Assembly (NCBI RefSeq): GCF_964188315.1
Contig: NC_135667.1
Location: forward strand, 9,796,001 to 9,860,000
Direction of reading: 5' to 3'
Length of the DNA stretch: 64,000 nt
Source: Podarcis muralis
Lineage: Eukaryota
Position numbers and translations under genes: made by a program. Below the pieces are notes generated by a model that was not told the DNA's origin, did not search any database, and saw only the letters and a list, made by a program, of their open reading frames with translations. Below, in pieces: positions 1-12,468 of this stretch; the first letter of the stretch is position 1; every line of letters starts with the position of its first letter.

Positions 1-160
1 AGCAAAGAGAGAAAAACAAAGGACAATAGTCCCACTTCATGGAACACAGTAACACAAACATCCTGTCACCGTCACTTCCCACTCTGTGGAGTCAAAACAT
101 AAACCGTCATGTGAAAGACAAAAATCCCATGACTGCAATCATGGAGCAGGAATTCTAACA
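1..160 (-). mobile_element. LTR, truncated by window edge (same family as 25378-25830)
   Basis: Near-identical to 25665-25830; ends ...aattctaaca, i.e. TGTTAG start on the minus strand. Confidence 0.85.
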
Positions 161-1274
161 TCCTCCAGATTTCATGCACTGATGTGAACAAACACAAAAG
201 GTATTTCAGTCAGGGGCTTTCAGGCAAGGGTCTCTCTCAGCCCTGTGAGGTGGGCTGGGAGGTAGAGGGGGAGATTTGGGAAGTGAGCTTAAAAGGAACT
301 CTGATGGGCAGGTCAAAGGGATAATGAAATGCCTGGGCTAGGTAGGTTGGGGAAAAGATCAGGAAACAAATTGGGTTTGGCTGGAAATAAATTTAATAGG
401 GATTAGGTCCAGATATTCTGAACCAAGCCAGGTATAACTGAGGGGAGTTGGACAATAATTGTTTCTAAACGTCTAGCCTATTTCATTATTATTTTTACCT
501 GAGGGCTCCCATTTTAACAGATGGCTCATGAACCTTCAGATTTTGAGGGAACCAGCGTGTTTTCATGTTTGAAGAGGCAGATCAATACCTAGGATAGGAA
601 GCTTCAAATTTCTACTCAGCCTTGAAGCCCATTGGGTGGCCTTAGGCCAATCAACCTAACCTACCTCACAGGCAGTACTATTTTGCTAGAAAAAGAGGTG
701 CTGGACCTCACCATGAATGCCTCCCTTGTCCTCTTAGAATGGCAATGGCACCCACCTGAGAGGTGATGGAACCAAGTTCCTGCGAGTTCAGGCTGAAAAA
801 AGCCCTACTCACCGGGTTCTTGTGAGGATAAAATGAGAGTGGAGAAGCACCATGTGTGTCATCTTGAGCTACTTGCAGGAGAGATGGGCTATAATTATAA
901 TGATTACTTATTTAATTAAACATTTTGCCTCATGTTTTCAGCCTTGGTAATCTCAGACCAAGCCATGTATAATCATTGCGAATGGACTTCCCATCAAAGG
1001 ACAAGTTGATTCAACTTCCTGATTGAGCTGCCTTTGCTAAGGGCAGAAATTGGTCTAAGCCAAGGGTTGGGAACCTCAGTTTTAAGGGGCAAATGCAGAC
1101 CTCCAGGCCCCTCTATCAAGTCCTCAACACTCTCACCATCCTCACATCCATTCCCTTGGTCACATCCCGCACTGCCCCTGCTTCACAATCACCCACGAGT
1201 AACTTTGACTGCCTGGGATGCAAGTTTGAGCTCTGATAATGCATCTTCCTTGCTTGGATGGAAGATGGACAGAA

Positions 1275-1295
1275 GTGTGTGTGTGTGTATGTGTG

Positions 1296-1357
<62 letters not shown>
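1275..1357. repeat. (GT)n(GA)n microsatellite
   Basis: Seen directly. Confidence 0.98.
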
Positions 1358-1361
<4 letters not shown>

Positions 1362-2819
1362 AGCCTACTATGCAAAGGTATAAATTATTTTAATTGTTCT
1401 ACCAACTTTTGTGTCTGGTCTCACCAGCTATAGGTATGTGACCTCAGAAAGTTGCTCAAAATGTATTGTGGCCCTCATACTTAAATAAGGCTGATGGCTC
1501 CTCTGGTCCAGCATCCTATTCTCACAGTGACCACTCAGATACCTCTGGAAAATCCGCAAACTGGATCCAAGCACAAGAGCATTCTCCCCCTCATGTGGTT
1601 CTCAGCCACTGGCTTTCAGAAGTCTTACTACCTCCAGCCATGTACCTTTAAGCCAGGACTGAGAAAGTACCTTGAGTTTAAAGAAACATATGCAATTTCA
1701 GACTTCTCCATTTGGACTAGTGCTTTCCACATTGAAGAAAAGTATATATGAATCTGAGCACAGTGCTGGATTAGAGGACACACAATTTCACAATATATTT
1801 TCACCACACCAAACACATCAATATGTGTATTTCGCATGCATAGTGTATCATTGTCACTACATTGTATCCAATCAAGTTGTCCCAATGGTGGAAGTACTTC
1901 TGCCTGCACAACAGGACTTCCTCTCTCTGCACCTGTCCAAATCAGATCCAGAGGGTTTGGGGAGCCCACAGAACAGATCTAGGAAAGCAGGAGGGTGCAC
2001 AGAGAAAGTAGACAAATCCTGGTGCAGAGATCATTGGATCCAACTCCAAACTGTGATATTATCTCTCCTCCCTTTCCTGTCTTGCGGAGGCTAACAACTA
2101 AAAATGTGTCAGTCCAGCAAAATTAAAACCACCATACGAAGGAAAATACAATGTAGCATACAATTTTGCCTCCAGCGATTTCTGTATCCTCCATTCTTTA
2201 AAAGATTTTTTTTCCACTTCCTTACATCACAAGCCAACAAGCTCTGCAAATTTTATGCCATGCATTTATCCATCTCTTTGCTACCATGAAGAATCCTACG
2301 GCATGCAATGTTACCCATTCGTGTCCTTGTGCAGCTTGCAGGAGAGCTATTCACTCTCTGAAGCTTAAAGAGGCAACCACTCATCATAGGCAATGGTGCA
2401 GCTTATTGTTCCTAAGACAACATTTAGCATGAGAGATATTAGCTCTCACTTTATTAGGATACACCAGAGACATGAGCTTTGATTCCCACCACAACAAACT
2501 AATCTGGAAGAATATTTGTGTATGGGGCTCAGCTATGGAACTGCTGCAGTTTCTTGTCCCCAAGCCAAGTTATTCGTGATACACCAAGAACCTTAGCTTT
2601 GCTTCCCAGAAGAGCAGAAAGAAAGAAAAATCTGGTGCAAGAGGCTCATATCATACTACCACAAACTAGTTTGTGAAGTTCACAGTCTGTATATGTAGCT
2701 TCTAAGTGGTTGGTTACTATTCTGGGATCAAGAGTTGTTATCACATTGCTCCTCCCTGCCTTCTTTCTTCTTTGAATTTTGATGTTGAATATTGGCTGGG
2801 ATATTCTATGTATCCCATA

Positions 2820-3170
2820 GGGACGCGGGTGGCGCTGTGGGTTAAACCACAGAGCCTAGGACTTGCCGATCAGAAGTTTGGTGGTTCGAATCCCCGCGAC
2901 GGGGTGAGCTCCCATTGCTCAGTCCCAGCTCCTGCCCACCTAGCAGTTCGAAAGCACGTCAAAGTGCAAGTAGATAAATAGGTAGCACTCCAGCAGGAAG
3001 GTAAACGGTGTTTCCGTGCGCTGCTGTGGTTCACCAGAAGCGGCTTAGTCATGCTGGCCTCATGACCTGGAATCTGTACGCCGGCTCCCTCGGCCAATAA
3101 AGCGAGATGAGCGCCGAAACCCCAGAGTTGGTCACGACTGGACCTAATGGTCAGGGGCCCCTTTACCTTT
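2820..3170 (+). mobile_element. Sauria SINE (POM type), full length
   Basis: GGGACGCGGGTGGCGCTGTGG head, B-box GGTTCGAATCCC, (ACCTTT)n tail. Confidence 0.95.
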
Positions 3171-3589
3171 TAATTCAGTTTTACTAGCAAACCGAAGGTT
3201 AACTACCACCTTTCCAGTTCCTGGGAGGAGTGCAGGGAGCCCTTGCAGTATATACTGTAGCCGACAGACTAACATATTGTGACACATAGTTTGGAAAGCA
3301 CTGTTCTAACCTTTCCCAGTCTTCCTCACAACAACTCTGTGGGGTGAGCTGGGCTGAGATGAACTGACTTTTCCAAGGAATCCAGTGAGCTTCATGGCTC
3401 AGAGGTGATTTGAACCCTGGACACTCTAACCACTATATCACACCTTAAACCATATCTGTAATTTACAGTCGAAGAATTATTCTGCATATCTGATGCCTGA
3501 CTGTGTTTGACAGCTGCCATGGAACAATAATTTACACTATACAATAATTACAATAATTTACAGCCAGTAAAGAGCTGGCAAGAGACCTT

Positions 3590-5557
3590 CATTCCTCAAT
3601 GATTGCTCCCCAGAAGTCATATCTTTAAAACAGTTTGATGAAATTTGGTTGCATTTGTTCAGATTACTGTTCTGGAAATGGTTTATCCATTAATTATGAA
3701 AAAATCTAAAATTTTAGTATTCAAAAGAAGCTTCTCCCAAGTTAAACGGGTACTGGATGGCCATAACCTTGAACTTCAGTTATCTAGAGCTCACATTCCA
3801 TCATACAAGATCTTGGAAGCACCACTGGCAAACCTCCCATCAAAAGGTGGAGATCACAAAGCTAGCCATACTCAGATTCTTTTTCACAAAGGGCGGCAAG
3901 TATGTTCCAGCAGCCTTAAGGGTTTTCAACGCAAAATCCATTTCCCAACTCCTGTACGCTGCAAATGTCTGGCATAATGGTGACCTGCCTAAGCTAGATG
4001 GCTTTCAGGCAAAATTTCTATGATCTCTGCTCCAGGTACCCAACTGTGTCCCCAACTTCATACTTCTGTTAGAAGCTGGTGAATGCCCAATTTCAACTAA
4101 AGCGTGGTGGGCTGCCCTAAAACATTGGCTCAGGATTTCAGTGTTTGAACTAGGGAAGGGTTTGTATCAACATCTGGCCAATGAGGAGTTTGTCAGCAAA
4201 TGGCAGAAAACCATGGCTAGAAAAGCCACCTCTATTGGTCTGCCCCCCCTCCCCCAACTTTATTACCTGGATCATGAAGGCACCCTAAAGACGTTAACGC
4301 AAAGATTATGGGATGCAACACACAGTGACTTGCGATCTCTTTTTTATTATTATTAATATTTTTATTAAGTACAAATTAGAAAACATACATATTCACAACA
4401 AAAGAAAATACAAAAGAAAAAGAAAATACATCTAACCAAGGAAAAAGAATTAGAGAATATTTTGTCTCTTTTCATATTTACAGTTATTTATACCTCTATA
4501 AAATGCTATTCACAATAAAGCAGTGAATGAAAGATATCAGAAAAAGAAAAAAAGAACAAAGAAAGAATAAAGAAGTAAAAGAAAAAGATCATAAGTGAAC
4601 ATTTTTAAAAGTAGATAAGTACTCACAATACATAGCCGTTTCCCATCTATATTTATATTCAATTGTATAATTTCATCTTGTCCGAATCTACCTTAAATAA
4701 ATTGTTGGGTTTTTTTTAAAAAAAAGACTTCCATCGCTTACCTCATGCGTTTTTAATAATCCGTTCGTCAGAACCTCTGTTCTTCATATTTTCCCTTTGG
4801 ATTTCCTTAATGTCTCACTTTGTATTTTTTATATTACGCACAAGATTATTCTAAACAAAACCAGATTTTTGTAGCTGAGCCCTGGTTTTGTAAATAATCA
4901 TTTAAGAACTCCCATTGCTTCATAACCATAGTTTTGGATTTTCTCCTTATTATATCCGTCAGTTTTGCTAATTCCAGGTACTCGCAAAGTTTCCCCAACC
5001 ATTCTCAATCACACGCAGTCTGTAGTCCACTGGCAGTAGGAGTACAATATGGGCATATCTTTAAGTTAACACCTCACATTAAAAACCTGACAGTAACAAA
5101 TTACCGAAGGTTATTCACCAAAGCCAGACTAAACGTTTTTCCTTCTGCAGTGTTGGATGGCAGGTTGAGAGGAGTTCCCTACCGGGACGGACTTTGCTAG
5201 TGTGCCCAAAACATCAATTCTATAAAACATATTTTGCTGCACTGTGTGAAATATGAGCAAGCCAGGGCTGAACAGATATTACCCTTGCTGGTACATTTCT
5301 CAGGAAAATCAGAGGCTCACTATGTCATGTTCCTATTGGAAAATCAGACAAGTGCTAGGACATTAGCAGTGGCAAAGTTTTTATCGGTGGTTGCAAGAAC
5401 TAATGATCCCTATCTTTAAGTCTGAACAAAATGCTTGTTTTACCTGGAGATAGGCTGTCTGAATTGTGCATTTCTTTGTAACGATTTGTTGAGTCTCTGG
5501 ACTGTAATAAAGACTGAGAATGACGATGACGACGACGACGACGACGATGATGATGAT
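3590..5557 (+). mobile_element. 5'-truncated non-LTR retrotransposon (RT C-terminus plus CCHC-like region; clade unassigned, RTE-X/L2-like), decayed
   Basis: Frameshifted ORF2 pieces YCSGNGLSINYEK.SKILVF, FSYLELTF...WKHH, ARLNVFPSAVLDGR, HILLHC; AATAAA then (GAC/GAT)n tail. Confidence 0.8.
4340..5003 (-). mobile_element. L1/Tx1-like 3' fragment nested antisense in the LINE above
   Basis: Minus strand reads EWLGKLCEYLELAKLTDIIRRKSKTMVMKQWEFLNDYL...*, then an AT-rich 3'UTR and poly(A). Confidence 0.8.
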
Positions 5558-6032
5558 CTTGCTTCCTCCCAGACCACATACACACATTCCTCCCTAACAT
5601 GGCCTTGAACATTGCTGTTTGACATCTGGCCCAGTAGTAAAGAACTCAGCCTCACTGATGCTGTGTGCAGAGGGTGACAATGAAACCCCTATAATAGTGT
5701 GTGTGTGTGTGTGTGTGTGTAAATATGTAATATACATTTCCCCACTCTCACACTCTCACAACCAGAATCAACTTCCGCAGTCACTTATGGACACACCGTT
5801 AAGACCATCTTCATGGAAGATAATCTTACTCAGCTACCAGTAATCACCAAAGAATGTACAACAGGTAGTCCGCTGATTTCAGAACTTTATGCCAAAAATT
5901 GATTTGGCATTTATTTGACATTTTTCACACACTGTATTCACCCATAGATGGTATCCCATCCTTGCAGTGTTATTGGGAGGCAAACCAAAGGCCTGATATT
6001 CATGTTCAAGCTGATGTCAGTCCTATTCCAAA

Positions 6033-6977
6033 TCACCTCGGGGACTTGCGAAGTCCAACACACTGTCTAAATCCAGCTCTCAAGGCATCCTGGACCTGCC
6101 TGTTCCTCAGGCAGTAAATGAATGGATTCAGCAGAGGAGATACAACAGTGTTCAGAAGGGCCACCCCTTTGCTGAAGTCTAACGTACCAGTGCCTTTTGG
6201 TTTTATGTACATGAAAATGCAGCTGCCATAAGTGAGGGAGATCACTATGATGTGAGAAGCACAAGTAGAGAATGCCTTCTGCCTCCCTGTGGTTGAAGGG
6301 ATGAGCATGATGGTTGAGACAATGCGTATATATGACACAATTGTTATGGCCAAGGTCCCAAGGACAGAGAGCAAAGCAATGAGGAAACTGAGGAGTTCAA
6401 ATAGAGACGTGTTTGCGCATGAAAGTTTCATCAGTGGCCCACTATCACAGAAAAAATGGTTGATGGTGTTTGGACCACAAAAGGGCATCTGAAAAAGGAC
6501 AACTATTGGAACCATAATGAGTGACAACCCCCCTAGCCAAGAGCAGAGTACCAGCAGTGAGCACAAGTGATCATTCATGATGGTTGGGTAGTGAAGAGGG
6601 TTGCAAATGGCCACATACCTGTCAATGGACATAACTGTCAGCAGAAGGAACTCTGTGGTACCCAGGACAAAATACAGAAAGCACTGTGTGAAGCAAGCAG
6701 GCAAAGAGATGGTCTTCTGTCCAATGGCCATGTTGATCAATGTTTTAGGAATGACAGAGGTGGTGAACCCAATCTCCAGGACAGCAAAGTGTCGAAGGAA
6801 GAAATACATTGGGGTGCTGAGCTGGGGACTCACCTGAGTGATTATAACAATCACAGCGTTTCCCGTTATTGTCAAAAGATACATGGGAAACAGAAGGGTG
6901 AAAAGCAAGATTTCAATTTGCCGGTTGTCTGTAAAGCCCCGAAGTATGAATTCTCTCACCATGGTGCTGTTCCTCAT
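6033..6977 (-). CDS. Olfactory receptor, class II, OR6C-like ('OR1'), 314 aa
   Basis: Intact 7TM ORF with [63 protein letters not shown]. True start is MRNSTM (N-glycosylation sequon); ttgtag acceptor at 6991-6992. Confidence 0.97.
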   Translation of the reverse strand: MRNSTMVREFILRGFTDNRQIEILLFTLLFPMYLLTITGNAVIVIITQVSPQLSTPMYFFLRHFAVLEIGFTTSVIPKTLINMAIGQKTISLPACFTQCFLYFVLGTTEFLLLTVMSIDRYVAICNPLHYPTIMNDHLCSLLVLCSWLGGLSLIMVPIVVLFQMPFCGPNTINHFFCDSGPLMKLSCANTSLFELLSFLIALLSVLGTLAITIVSYIRIVSTIMLIPSTTGRQKAFSTCASHIIVISLTYGSCIFMYIKPKGTGTLDFSKGVALLNTVVSPLLNPFIYCLRNRQVQDALRAGFRQCVGLRKSPR

Positions 6978-8111
6978 TTTGGGCACATTCCTACAACTAA
7001 AGTGAATAGAAATCATTCATTAGTATCAATGTTTTATAAACTATACTAAGCAAATGTTGCTTTTCCTTTTCTGGCAATCAAGTCCACAGTGCTGTGAATA
7101 ATAAGGCGTCTTGTATACTTCACAGTCAGGTCCCAAGTAGAAAATGGTACATTAAAAAGGAATTTTATTTAATATTCCATAAACAGGAACACAAACATAT
7201 TTGTGATGGAAATAAGGCAATAAATTCTTTTAATATAATTCTCTCATTTTGACACAGGATGTAATTTTATAGCACATCATTTGGAATGCAATTTTAAAGC
7301 ACAGTTAAAATAATGGAATAATTTAAAATAAAACATACAATATCTCATACAGTGATGTCTGTAGCCTCAGTGGTCTCTAGAAAGTTTCTTCTTCTTCTTT
7401 ACCACACAAAACTCTGCAATTTAGGACATGCATTTCTTTGCAAAATGGAAACACCCTATGAGAAGCGATGGTACCCAGTCTGTTCTTTAAGGGAGACAGA
7501 ACATGAGCTATTTGCTTCTTGGTTGCAACCTCTCCTAAGCAAGAATGCAGCTTCTTTTTCCTGAGGCAGCATTTAGCATGAGAGATATTAGTTTGTTTTC
7601 CCACAACGGGGACATGAGCTTTGCTTCCCAGAGGAGCAGAAAAAACTGCTGAACATTTGATGTAAGAGGCTACTGTCCTACTACTGCAAGCTTCGATGGA
7701 AGAGTCATGGTGCATAGGACTTCTACGTGGCTGGTTACTATCCTGGGGTCATGAGTTGAAACTATTGAGCTCCTTCCTCTCCCCTTCTTATATATCTACC
7801 CCCACCTTTCTTCCAAGGAACTAAAGGTGGTGCATATGGTTTTGTCTTCCTCACTTATTCATACAACAAGCCTGTCAGGTGAGGTAGGATGAAAGGCAGT
7901 GACTGGCCCACTAGCACCTGGTGAGTTTCATGGTCCCTCAACCCTGATTTCTGTCATTGAATAGCTTTTCACAACCAGCACAGAATAGTCAGTACTTGAC
8001 ATCATTAACTTGAAGGATTTCCTTGTAGGAAATCCTGTGTTACTGAAAGACAAGGTTTATCCAGTCGGCTGCAAGGTTTACATATTTTGATGTTTGAGCT
8101 GATGTTTGAGC

Positions 8112-8398
8112 TCAAGCACCTTGAGTTGCCACAAAACCCAACACGCTGTCCAAAGCCAGATTACAAGGCACCCTGTCTATTCCCCAGGCAGTAAACAAAT
8201 GGGTTCAGAAGGGAAGGCAAAACCATGTCAAGAAGAGAAACCCCCTTGGTAAATGCTAATTCACCTGCACCTTTGGGTTTTATATAATTGGAAATGCAAC
8301 TGCCGTGAGTGTTTGAGATCACGATGATGTGAGAAGCACAAGTGGAAAAAGTCTTCTGCCTCCTTGTGGTTGATGTGTATGATAGTGGAAATAATAAT
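8112..8398 (-). pseudogene. OR remnant (ICL3-TM6-TM7-C-terminus only)
   Basis: STTRRQKTFSTCASHIIVISNTHGSCISNYIKP...SLLNPFVYCLGNRQ with small indels. The 5' two thirds are absent; a Sauria SINE and a CR1 piece lie immediately upstream. Confidence 0.9.
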
Positions 8399-8406
8399 AA
8401 TGTATA

Positions 8407-8543
8407 GGTAAAGGTAAAGGACCCCTGACAGTTAAGTCCAGTCACAGACAATTCTGGGCTTGTGGCATTCATCTCGCTTTACAGGCTGAGGGAGCCAGCG
8501 TTTGTCCGTACACATTTTTCTGGATCATGTGGCCAGCATGACT
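8407..8543 (-). mobile_element. Sauria SINE, 3' part
   Basis: ggtaaaggtaaagg tail and ggccagcatgact core. Confidence 0.85.
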
Positions 8544-8559
8544 TCTGTTGCTGTAGCCT

Positions 8560-8680
8560 AGGATAGCGTTACCTTTTTTTTTGCTGCTGCATCACATTGT
8601 TGACTCATATTAAACTTGTGGTCTACTAAGATCCTTAGATCCTTTTCACATGTACTAATGGCAAGCCAGGTGTCCTCTTA
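8560..8680 (-). mobile_element. CR1 LINE fragment
   Basis: catcacattgttgactcatattaaacttgtggtctactaagatccttagatccttttcaca resembles squamate CR1 RT sequence. Further CR1 3' ends near 9629-9703, 19868-19960, 41160-41290, 43745-43870, 48917-48980, 51730-51960, 58200-58390. Confidence 0.65.
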
Positions 8681-9322
8681 TATAGCACCAGACTAAAACT
8701 CAGAAACACAACATAGAAAATCATCCTCACCCACCAAATATACATTCATACATTTGACAGGATGGACAAAATAACAGACATCCCAACCCTGGAGGTCCCT
8801 GCTAACGTCTCCCAAATGCCCCTGTCCTGCTCAGTTAGAATGGAAATGAGTGAAATTTAATTGTGGTTACAGATCAGAGTTACATACTCTGAGCCAAGGA
8901 CATCTGTAGTCTATGGAACTATGTCAACCACTGCTTTGAAATATCCAGCCCACTATTCGATTTGTGGGTTCTCATTTTGATCAATGGTTCATGAAGATTC
9001 ATATTTTTGGAGGACAGCCATGGGTTCATACTAAAATGGTTTCACTTGATCCTGGAAGATGAGGGTTCAAATTTCCAGTCAACCATGAAACCCATTGTGT
9101 GATATTGAGCCATTCATTGGCTCTCAGCCTAACCCTACCTCACAGGGTTGTTGTGATGGCAAAATGGGAGAGAGGAAAACCATGTGTGCCACCTTGGGCT
9201 CCCTGGAGGAAAAGTGAGATGTAAATATACAATGATTAATTACTTAAACCCAACCATTAGAATCTCAGATCAAAGCACATCTCATCATCAGTAGAGCATA
9301 AGACTCTTAAACTCAGAGTTGT

Positions 9323-9608
9323 GGAGAGCCAGCGTGGTGTAGTGGTTAAGAGCGGTGGTCACGTAATCTGGGGAACCGGGTTCACGTCTCCGCTCCTCCA
9401 CATGCAGCTGCTGGGTGACCTTGGGCTAGTCACACTTCTCTGAAGTCTCTCAGCCTCACTCCCCTCACAGAGTGTTTGTTGTGGGGGAGGAAGGGAAAGG
9501 AGAATGTTAGCCACTTTGAGACTCCTTAAAGGGAGTGAAAGGCGGGATATCAAATCCAAACTCCTCCTCCTCCTCCTCCTCTTCTTCTTCTTCTTCTTCT
9601 TCTTCTTC
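9323..9608 (+). mobile_element. Squam1-type tRNA-derived SINE
   Basis: A-box TGGTGTAGTGG, B-box-like GGTTCACGTCTCC, (CTC/CTT)n tail. Confidence 0.88.
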
Positions 9609-10340
9609 AAGCCCCACATTCGTCAAAAGATTCTTGCATTGCAGGGGGTTGGACTAGATGACCCTCATGGTCCCTTGAAGCTCTACAGTTCTATGATTTC
9701 TAAGGCGTTTGCCACTAAAGGGCAAGTTTATTCCTCAGCTCTGATCATCCTGCTTGATTTGCCTTTGCTAAGGGCTGGAATTGTGCAAGTCGGGAGCACT
9801 CAGATTTGAGGGTCAGATGTAGCCCTCCATGCCTCTCTAGCTGGTCCCCAGGGCTCTCCCCAGTCACAGATCTTTTCCTTGGGCCACATCCTGCTTCACA
9901 CATTTCATGAGTGTATCTGCCTACCTGGGAGGTATACTTGAACTCTGATAATGCCTCATGCTTGCCTGGATATGGATGTTTAAAGGTGTTTAGATGTGGG
10001 AGTAAGTGTAGAAACTAGTCTCCTGCACAAAGGTAACATTTTCATTGATTGCTCCACCTACCAACCATTCGGCCACACCAAACACTGGTAAGGTACCCAG
10101 AATGTAATGTGGACTCCATGCTTAAACGAATCTCCCAACCTCAGTCTAGGTTACTGAATAGCACCTGACATTTAACACTTGGTATCCTGTTTATGTATAG
10201 CTGAAACTCCTCTGTGATGTGAACATTCTATGCTCTTTGACAATAAATTTGATCTAATTTGTTTGATGTTTTCCTAACACAGTGTTGTCACAGTTAATAT
10301 CTGATTTTAAGGTTTCAGCTGATGGCAATCATCTTGGCTT

Positions 10341-11273
10341 CTAATGAAACCCAACACACTGTCTAAATCCAGCTTTCAGCGCATCCTGGACCTGTCTATT
10401 TCTCAGGCAGTAAATGAATGGATTCAGAAGAGGGGACACAATCGTGTTAAGAACAGCCACCCCTTTGCTGAAGTCCAAAGTACCAACACCTTTTGGTTTT
10501 ATGTAAATGAAAATGCAACTACCATAAGTGATGGAGACCACGGTGATGTGAGAAGCGCAGGTGGAGAAAGCTTTCTGCCTCCCAGTGGTCGAAGGGATGC
10601 GCAGGATCGTGAGGACAATGTTGACGTAGGAAACAATGTTTATGGTCAAGGTCCCAAGGAGACAGAGTGCAGCGATGAGAAGAAATCTGAGTTCCAGGAG
10701 GCTCGTGTTTGCACACGCAAGCTTCATCAGTGGTCCACTGTCACAGAAAAAATGATTGATGGTGTTTGGGCCACAATAGGGCATCTGAAACAGCACGGCT
10801 GTTGGGACCATAGTAAACAGCAACCCCCCAACCCAGGAGCAGACCACCAGCAGTTTGCAGACCCGAGCATTCATCATGGTGGAGTAGTGAAGGGGTTTGC
10901 ATATGGCCATGTACCTGTCAATGGACATGACTGCCAAAAGAAGGAACTCTGTGGCTCCAAACGCAAAGTACAAAAAGGTCTGTGTGAAGCAACCAGGTAG
11001 AGAGATGGTTTTCTGGCCAGCGGCCATGCTGGCCAATGTTTTAGGAATGATAGAGGTGGTGAATCCAATTTCCATGAAGGCAAAGTGTCGGAGGAAGAAA
11101 TACATTGGGGTGTTGAGCTGGTGATTCAGCCAAGTGATTATAACAATTGCAGCGTTCCCCGTTATTGTCAAAAGGTACGTGCTAAATATGAAGGTAAAAA
11201 GCAAGATTTCAACTCTTCGGTTGTCTGTAAAGCCCGAAAGTACGAATTCTCTCACCATGCTGTGGTTCCACAT
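10341..11273 (-). CDS. Olfactory receptor, OR6C-like ('OR2'), 310 aa
   Basis: Intact ORF starting MWNHSMVREF with [41 protein letters not shown]; ttgcag acceptor at 11287-11288. Confidence 0.97.
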   Translation of the reverse strand: MWNHSMVREFVLSGFTDNRRVEILLFTFIFSTYLLTITGNAAIVIITWLNHQLNTPMYFFLRHFAFMEIGFTTSIIPKTLASMAAGQKTISLPGCFTQTFLYFAFGATEFLLLAVMSIDRYMAICKPLHYSTMMNARVCKLLVVCSWVGGLLFTMVPTAVLFQMPYCGPNTINHFFCDSGPLMKLACANTSLLELRFLLIAALCLLGTLTINIVSYVNIVLTILRIPSTTGRQKAFSTCASHITVVSITYGSCIFIYIKPKGVGTLDFSKGVAVLNTIVSPLLNPFIYCLRNRQVQDALKAGFRQCVGFH

Positions 11274-12107
11274 TTTGGGCACATTCCTGCAACTAAAGTG
11301 AATAGAAATCAACCACTAGGAACAAAATTTTCAATTCCACTTTAAATATATTTTGCTACTCCATTTTGATTTAAAAAAAAAACAGGTCAAAACTGTTGTG
11401 AATAATAATATGCTTCACATACAGTCAGTTCCAGGTGGTGACTTCAAGAGAGAAGAATTGCAGTTCAGCTGTCTGTCTGTTAGCTCACCCCTGACAGAAG
11501 ATAATTTTGTGGTGATTGATAATAGAGAGATGGGCTGACCTTAAATCACTCAGGAAGAGGAGGGGGATTTGTGAGCAACCTCAAATGCTTTGATTGAGGC
11601 TTTTTATGCTGTCTGTGCCTGGTGGCTCAGACAGAAGTTAGAATGAGCTGGCAAGCTGAGGAGTCACAAAAATACCTTCTCTAGGTAGAAATACCCACGC
11701 CCTCCCTTCTTTAAACACTTCTGGGACAAGGAAAAGTATAACTTGGAGAGACCCCTCTACCTGCTAGTGAAAATTAACAGTCTGAAAATTTGTATGTACC
11801 ACATTCTGTCATTAAGAAGTACACAATGGAAAAGTGGACATTGAACTGTCTAAGGTAGAGCAAAATGCCTGATTTATGGTTGACAATAAGAATTATAAAC
11901 AGATGAGGGAATCCTCTGCGTGAAAAATCTCTAACCATTTTCCTGTTGCTTGCCACTAAAGAGATGAAAGAACTGAAAGTAAACCAACCATTACTCCAGC
12001 AATGGAAAATAATTTCTTGTGAGGTAAGATATGCTGGCTGTGATCATAAGGTGGAAATAGTGAGGCAGACTGAGTTGCTAATAATATTCAAACATCAAAA
12101 GCATAAA

Positions 12108-12468
12108 AAGGTAAAGGTAAAGGTATCCCTGCCCATACGGGCCAGTCTTGACAGACTCTAGGGTTGTGCGCTCATCTCACTCTAGAGGCCGGGAGCCAGC
12201 GCTGTCCGCAGACACTTCCGGGTCACGTGGCCAGCGTGATGAAGCTGCTCTGGTGAGCCAGAGCCGCACACGGAACGCCGTTTACCTTCCCGCCAGTAAG
12301 CGGTCCCTATTTATCTACTTGCACCCGGGAGTGCTTTCGAACTGCTAGGTTGGCAGGCGCTGGGACCGAACGACGGGAGCGCACCCCGCCGCGGGGATTC
12401 GAACTGCCGACCTTTCGATCAGCAAGCCCTAGGCACTGAGGCTTTTACCCACAGCGCCACCCGCGTCC
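12108..12468 (-). mobile_element. Sauria SINE, full length
   Basis: Complete element; about 11-bp TSD aaaagcataaa. Confidence 0.95.

Noticed and set aside
220-480. Possible LINE coding fragment
   Set aside because: Too many stops and no diagnostic motif to support a call by eye.
1034-1433. ORFs with ER, SL, poly-I or poly-K/R repeats (also 9359, 29636, 35626, 51444)
   Set aside because: Translations of microsatellites and SINE or LINE tails.
6978-7016. N-terminal extensions in the ORF track (MISIHFSCRNVPK, MEQILFVFVCVC..., MTSAFGEASL..., MNVICEF...)
   Set aside because: They run through pyrimidine tracts and AG acceptors or use GTG/TTG starts. The internal Met followed by an N-x-S/T sequon is the normal OR start.
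6567-7049. Long antisense or alternative-frame ORFs over OR genes (also 10344-11000, 32699-33061, 43344-43727)
   Set aside because: These are shadows of hydrophobic-codon bias on the opposite strand; they recur only because the ORs are paralogous.
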